Part shown: positions 59,802 to 64,000 of the stretch, piece after piece | How positions within the stretch are numbered: the first letter of the stretch is position 1 | Layout of the letters: each line of letters starts with the position of its first letter | Assembly: GCA_050633245.1 (NCBI GenBank) | Contig: JBOEGD010000018.1 | Coordinates: 128,001-192,000, forward strand | Direction of reading: 5' to 3' | Source of the DNA: Calditrichia bacterium | Lineage (GTDB): Bacteria > Calditrichota > Calditrichia > RBG-13-44-9 > J075 | DNA: 64,000 nucleotides | Program-made: the position numbers and the translations under genes | The notes under the pieces: model-generated | Told to the model about the DNA's origin: nothing | Seen by the model: only the letters and a program-made list of their open reading frames with translations | The model's database searches: none

Positions 59802-60674
59802 GTGAAGCAAATGCTAAACAGTCTTTTAGCAAATAAACGCACGGATGCGCATAAGTTGAATGCTCCCAAAATCGTCGCTATAACTAGTGGCAAGGGAGGT
59901 GTAGGGAAAACGGTGTTTAGCGTTAATCTGGCTCTCGCCTTACAGCAGCTCGGTAAACGCGTGCTATTAATTGATGCGGACGTGTATCTTGGTAGTGTGG
60001 GTATGATGCTGGGTGTTAGTCCGAGGCTTACCCTTGCCGACGTGCTATCAAGTAAAATAAATGTACAAGATGCTATTTTTACTATTTCCGATGGATTGGA
60101 TTTTATTCCTGCCTGTGGGGGAGCAAATGAACTGTTCGATTTTAACGACAGTATTTTCAGACGTTTCTCAACGGCATTTAAAAATATTGAGGGTAATTAT
60201 GATTACGTATTGCTCGACACCGGAGCAGGTATTGTTTCAGAAGTGACGTCATTTGTTTTGGCCGCCGATGCCGCAGTGGTACTGGTAACGCCTGATCCGG
60301 CTGCTATATCTGATTCATATGCCATGTTAAAGGTAAGCAAGCGATATTGCCCGGGGCAAACATTGTTTTTGGCCTGTAACATGGTCGATTCGTTAGATCA
60401 GGGTGAGGTTTTATTTAACAAAATGAACCTGTTAGTTCGAAAGTTTCTGAATGGATCGGTTACAATGGCCGGTATTATCCCCAAAGATAAGCAGCTTCAA
60501 GCTTCTGTTCGCGCTCAAAACCCACTGGTTTCAAAAAATCCTCAAGCTGATTTGTCTCGCCGTTTTCGATTAATGGCCAGCAGAATTGACGCACACCTCT
60601 CTCGGGTGAAGTTTAACGAAGAGCCATTTTTCGAACGAATTAGTCATAGTCGCTCTCTGAGTCTGGAGTTTTAA
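59802..60674 (+). CDS. flhG: MinD-like ATPase FlhG/FleN
   Basis: SGKGGVGKT, DAD, DTGAG, TPDPAAISDSYA. Confidence 0.92.
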   Translation: MKQMLNSLLANKRTDAHKLNAPKIVAITSGKGGVGKTVFSVNLALALQQLGKRVLLIDADVYLGSVGMMLGVSPRLTLADVLSSKINVQDAIFTISDGLDFIPACGGANELFDFNDSIFRRFSTAFKNIEGNYDYVLLDTGAGIVSEVTSFVLAADAAVVLVTPDPAAISDSYAMLKVSKRYCPGQTLFLACNMVDSLDQGEVLFNKMNLLVRKFLNGSVTMAGIIPKDKQLQASVRAQNPLVSKNPQADLSRRFRLMASRIDAHLSRVKFNEEPFFERISHSRSLSLEF

Positions 60675-60676
60675 GG

Positions 60677-60946
60677 ATGAAAAAAATGGTATACCTGACG
60701 TCGGCACTATTGGCTTCTCTTACTTTGATGTTTTCTGTGATTAACGGGAAACGTTTTGTAATTGCGTTTGAGCGAAGTGCAATTGTTTTCCTGAGTACTC
60801 TCGCCCTGGTTGTTTTGTTTGCTCATTTGTTAAGTTGGGGGCTAAAAATGACGTCACTAAAAGCTAAGGATAATAAAAGTCAAATGTTGGCAAAAGATAG
60901 CGCATTAGAAAATGAACGCACTGGCAGTGAAAATACAGCAACATGA
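60677..60946 (+). CDS. Small two-TM hypothetical protein
   Basis: Two hydrophobic segments; coupled between flhG and fliA. Confidence 0.6.
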   Translation: MKKMVYLTSALLASLTLMFSVINGKRFVIAFERSAIVFLSTLALVVLFAHLLSWGLKMTSLKAKDNKSQMLAKDSALENERTGSENTAT

Positions 60947-61697
60947 AGAAGATAAGGTCGCGGAATATCTTCAAACCGGAGACCCTGCGATCAAAGATCA
61001 AATTATCGAGGATTATTCCCGATACGTTTATCATATCGCGCATCGACTGATCATACCCTCTCATGCTGTCGTAGATCGTCAGGATTTATATCAATGTGGT
61101 ATCATTGGATTACTGTATGCCCTTGAAAAATTTGATCCTTCACGCGGAGTAAAATTTAAAACATTTGCTTATCCTCGTATTCGTGGAGAAATGTTGGATG
61201 TTTTACAAAGAGAAGGATGTCTTACTCGCCTAATGCGTGAGAAGCTGAACAAAATAGAAAAGGCGGTATCCAAACTTTATCACTCTTTATTACGCGAGCC
61301 TTCAGTAGATGAAATTTGCGCTGCAGTCGGTATGGACGGTGAAGAGTATTATCGAGTTACAGATGCTGCCGGTCTTATCTATTCGGCCAGAAAATCTTCT
61401 GTCGAAGATAATCTCGCACATATCATGGAGGATGAGAATTCTCGCCCCGACAATATTTTGCTTAATAAATCTTTAAAAAAGCTCGTTAAAACTGCGATTA
61501 AACAGCTACCGGAGCGCGAAAGCCTTATTCTCAGCCTTTATTTCATGGAGGATCTAACGTTGCGACAAATCGGTGAAGTTCTCAATTTAACTGAGGCACG
61601 AGTTTCTCAACTGTTAAATCAAACTATTTTTCGCATACGTACCACAATTGAAGGAATTGAACAATTTACAAACAGTGGTGTGATGGATGATCATTGA
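60912..61697 (+). CDS. fliA: RNA polymerase sigma28 FliA
   Basis: DLYQCGIIGL, FDPSRGVKFKTFA..RIRG, LTLRQIGEVL.LTEARVSQ. Confidence 0.92.
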   Translation: MNALAVKIQQHEEDKVAEYLQTGDPAIKDQIIEDYSRYVYHIAHRLIIPSHAVVDRQDLYQCGIIGLLYALEKFDPSRGVKFKTFAYPRIRGEMLDVLQREGCLTRLMREKLNKIEKAVSKLYHSLLREPSVDEICAAVGMDGEEYYRVTDAAGLIYSARKSSVEDNLAHIMEDENSRPDNILLNKSLKKLVKTAIKQLPERESLILSLYFMEDLTLRQIGEVLNLTEARVSQLLNQTIFRIRTTIEGIEQFTNSGVMDDH

Positions 61698-61950
61698 TGC
61701 ATCGCCTTCTTTTCGCAAGCGCTTTGAAAAGGGTGAGCGGGTTTCTGGGCATGTGTTGCGTGAACTCCCCGACAATCAGGTAATTCTTCGCCTGAAGGGC
61801 AGCAATGTTATTGTGAGTTCAACTCTGAATATCAGAACCGGCATGCAATTGACAATGCGAGTAACACGCATTGGCGATACGTTGGAACTGAGTATAGAAA
61901 AAACGATACAAAAGCAAGACTTGCAGCCACCATTTTCCATCACTATTTAA
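61687..61950 (+). CDS. Small all-beta (OB-fold-like) hypothetical protein
   Basis: KGERVSGHVL...GMQLTMRV; overlaps the fliA stop. Confidence 0.55.
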   Translation: MIIDASPSFRKRFEKGERVSGHVLRELPDNQVILRLKGSNVIVSSTLNIRTGMQLTMRVTRIGDTLELSIEKTIQKQDLQPPFSITI

Positions 61951-61977
61951 CCTGTAACTACCAGCCATAACGTCAGG

Positions 61978-63135
61978 TTGTCTTGCATGAACACCGATTT
62001 ACTTCTGAATTCAATAGACCTTTTTGAACGATTCCCCGATATGCTTTTTATCTTTGATGAAGCAGGCGGCCTTCTGCGTCATAACAAAGCTGCATCAGAT
62101 ATGTGCGGTCTGGCTTCAACTAATATACCTCATATAACGTTCGAGGCACTTTTTAAAATGCAGGTGTGGCCGGAAGAATTTCCGGGTACTATCATCGATA
62201 AACAACCCGGACAAACCCTTACCATCCCGGCGCGAATCAGTGTTACCAGTATTCCATTGCCGGTTACATTGGTTTTGCAAAGCCTTAAATCAGCAGATGA
62301 TTCACAGAAGGGAATGCTGGTTGTCGCATATGACAATCGTATGCTCCGTGATCGCCATTTGAAAGACAGGAAGCAAATGTGGCATAGTCATCTGGCGAAG
62401 CGTATGCAGTTGCACCAGGATATTGCCTGCCTTACAGCACATGAATTTTCGCAACCGGTTGCTGTTCTGCGTCTTGAAGTTGATGGTATTTTGGCAAAAC
62501 TACACAATAGCGAGATGGATCAAAACAGTTACCAACTCATTCGATCATTAGATCCGATTCTATTAACACTTGAGCACTTGATTGCAGATCGTCGACAACA
62601 GCACGGAACTATATCTGAACATGGCTTTGAGGCCTTTGATTTATGTCCGATCTTACTTCAGGTTGAACACTTTTATCAGCATAGATTTCAGGCAAATAGC
62701 CTAAATTTTGTCTTTCAGCGAACTTTAAAAGAGGCTTTGATTTATGCAAATAGCCGGGTGCTATTGCATGTCATCATTGAAATTGTCAGTTTCTTTGAAA
62801 GAAAGGCATCCTTAAACCAATTTGCTACAGGTTCTACTCTCACACTGGGACTGACTGAATCAGACAACGGTTGCTTTATATTGGACATTCGTATGGAACG
62901 CGACTGTTTGACATGTTCGACTGAAATTAACACGGTATGGTCTGTTGAGCTGGAGTTGCTGATTGAAGGGAGTAAGGAGCTAATGGCAGCATTTGGAATC
63001 CTGGTTTATAGCACGAATGCTCAAAAGTGTTCCACGGTCGTTTTATCGCTGCCACAACACTTTACTGACGAACGTGAACATCTTAATTCAATGGTTGGTG
63101 AGATTGCCGAATACTGCGATACGGAAGGTGAATAA
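61978..63135 (+). CDS. PAS plus DHp-like protein with degenerate HATPase (pseudokinase)
   Basis: PDMLFIFDEAG..HNKAA PAS; TAHEFSQPVAVL H-box; no N, G1 or G2 boxes. Confidence 0.55.
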   Translation: MSCMNTDLLLNSIDLFERFPDMLFIFDEAGGLLRHNKAASDMCGLASTNIPHITFEALFKMQVWPEEFPGTIIDKQPGQTLTIPARISVTSIPLPVTLVLQSLKSADDSQKGMLVVAYDNRMLRDRHLKDRKQMWHSHLAKRMQLHQDIACLTAHEFSQPVAVLRLEVDGILAKLHNSEMDQNSYQLIRSLDPILLTLEHLIADRRQQHGTISEHGFEAFDLCPILLQVEHFYQHRFQANSLNFVFQRTLKEALIYANSRVLLHVIIEIVSFFERKASLNQFATGSTLTLGLTESDNGCFILDIRMERDCLTCSTEINTVWSVELELLIEGSKELMAAFGILVYSTNAQKCSTVVLSLPQHFTDEREHLNSMVGEIAEYCDTEGE

Positions 63136-63136
63136 C

Positions 63137-63850
63137 ATGACAAAACCGGAAGCAATTTCTTCTGCTCGTCTCAAAGACCTCTCAATAAAACTTCAGGATC
63201 TTTCACGGAAACCTGGGCAGGATTTTTGGAAAGCGCTTATTAAGGCCGTTCGCAACTATATTCCATATGATTGCTGCACGCTAACGGGTTTGGAAGGTTT
63301 GGAACATTCGGACTTTGTCGTGCTTAGTCAGTGGGGAGAAAAAGCTGTAGAATTCCTCGATTCGAATGATACCTTCAGTTCCGAAAAAGGCATTGCATAT
63401 GCGTTACGCTGTGGCAACCCAATTGTTATAAATTCCGAAGCTATCGGTGCCGGGCAATTTTGCTCTACACTGTTTTTACCTCTTCTGTTTGCGAAGATGC
63501 CTTTGGGAATTTTGAAATTCGGTTCCTACCTCACAGGCACGTATTCTATGGTTTTGCGCGAGAGCTATTTACAAACAGCTACAGGAATAGCCTCGGCATC
63601 ATACTGTTACTATCTTCACCAACAGCTTAACTCGCGCGAAAAACAGGTGGATAGTTTACTATTACGCATTAACAACTCTCAACCGGAACCTGCTTCCCTG
63701 ACTCCATCCTCACAGCTTTTGGCGGTGCAAAAACTTACTGCGCTGTTACCCCATATTGTAGAGAGCCGCAATCAAAAAAAATTGCGTCAGGTGGCTCAGT
63801 TGCTTTCAAAAAGCGTAGATAAAATAATGCTTGAAGCCGCTACCGAGTAG
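63137..63850 (+). CDS. GAF-domain protein
   Basis: IPYDCC, GIAYALRCGNPIVIN, STLFLPL..PLGILKFGS GAF pattern, then a helical tail. Confidence 0.65.
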   Translation: MTKPEAISSARLKDLSIKLQDLSRKPGQDFWKALIKAVRNYIPYDCCTLTGLEGLEHSDFVVLSQWGEKAVEFLDSNDTFSSEKGIAYALRCGNPIVINSEAIGAGQFCSTLFLPLLFAKMPLGILKFGSYLTGTYSMVLRESYLQTATGIASASYCYYLHQQLNSREKQVDSLLLRINNSQPEPASLTPSSQLLAVQKLTALLPHIVESRNQKKLRQVAQLLSKSVDKIMLEAATE

Positions 63851-63919
63851 CTTCCTTTACATCACTTTATAGAAAATACTTCCTACCGACTACCCAACCG
63901 GACAGTTTTTCCTCCAGAG

Positions 63920-63956
63920 CGGCAAAAAGTGCAGTACAGATGCGGCAATATTGCAT
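63920..63956. promoter_or_regulatory. Possible second pair of CGGCAA enhancer sites
   Basis: CGGCAAAAAGTGCAG (63920) and CGGCAATATTGCAT (63943), 23 bp apart, resembling the sites at 36529 and 36551. Confidence 0.45.
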
Positions 63957-64000
63957 GAGCTTGTTCATTTCTTTTGCTCTAAGGTTCTTTTAAACAGTGG

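Noticed and set aside
1190-62933. Many 60-190 aa ORFs antisense or out of frame within long genes
   Set aside because: Shadow ORFs of well-supported genes, without motifs of their own.

Overview
Bacterial genomic DNA, almost all on the + strand. Two proteins carry a Por/T9SS-type or FlgD-Ig C-terminal tail (NYPNPFNP, YPNP) and the window also holds a large flagellar cluster; together these suggest a basal FCB lineage such as Calditrichota, KSB1 or Ignavibacteria (inference, not a database result). Three blocks: (1) 1-9.3 kb, the 3' part of an azol(in)e RiPP (LAP/TOMM) operon: TonB-dependent receptor (cut by the window edge), TPR-like exported protein, two SagB-type dehydrogenases, ThiF/E1-like protein and a YcaO with a PxP tail. 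No precursor peptide is visible in the window. It is followed by a sensorless histidine kinase, a NarL regulator and an AraC regulator. (2) 9.3-25.7 kb, envelope and secreted proteins: CBM9-like protein, diheme peroxidase, DUF4382 lipoprotein with Cys-rich repeats, PAS hybrid kinase, an active/inactive DUF3857 transglutaminase pair, a vanadium haloperoxidase-like protein and a TonB receptor. (3) 25.8-64 kb, a flagellar supercluster: fliC-fliS-fliD-flaG-fliT-like-flgM; a sigma28-type operon with fapA and a first motAB; a sigma54 activator; then a sigma54-driven flgB...fliA operon with a second motAB. The most notable candidates are the TonB-receptor-coupled, two-dehydrogenase azole RiPP cluster and an apparently split flagellar phosphorelay (sensorless kinase, PAS-DHp pseudokinase, GAF protein, pseudo-receiver, sigma54 activator with visible enhancer sites). 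No rRNA, tRNA, CRISPR array or mobile element was recognised.
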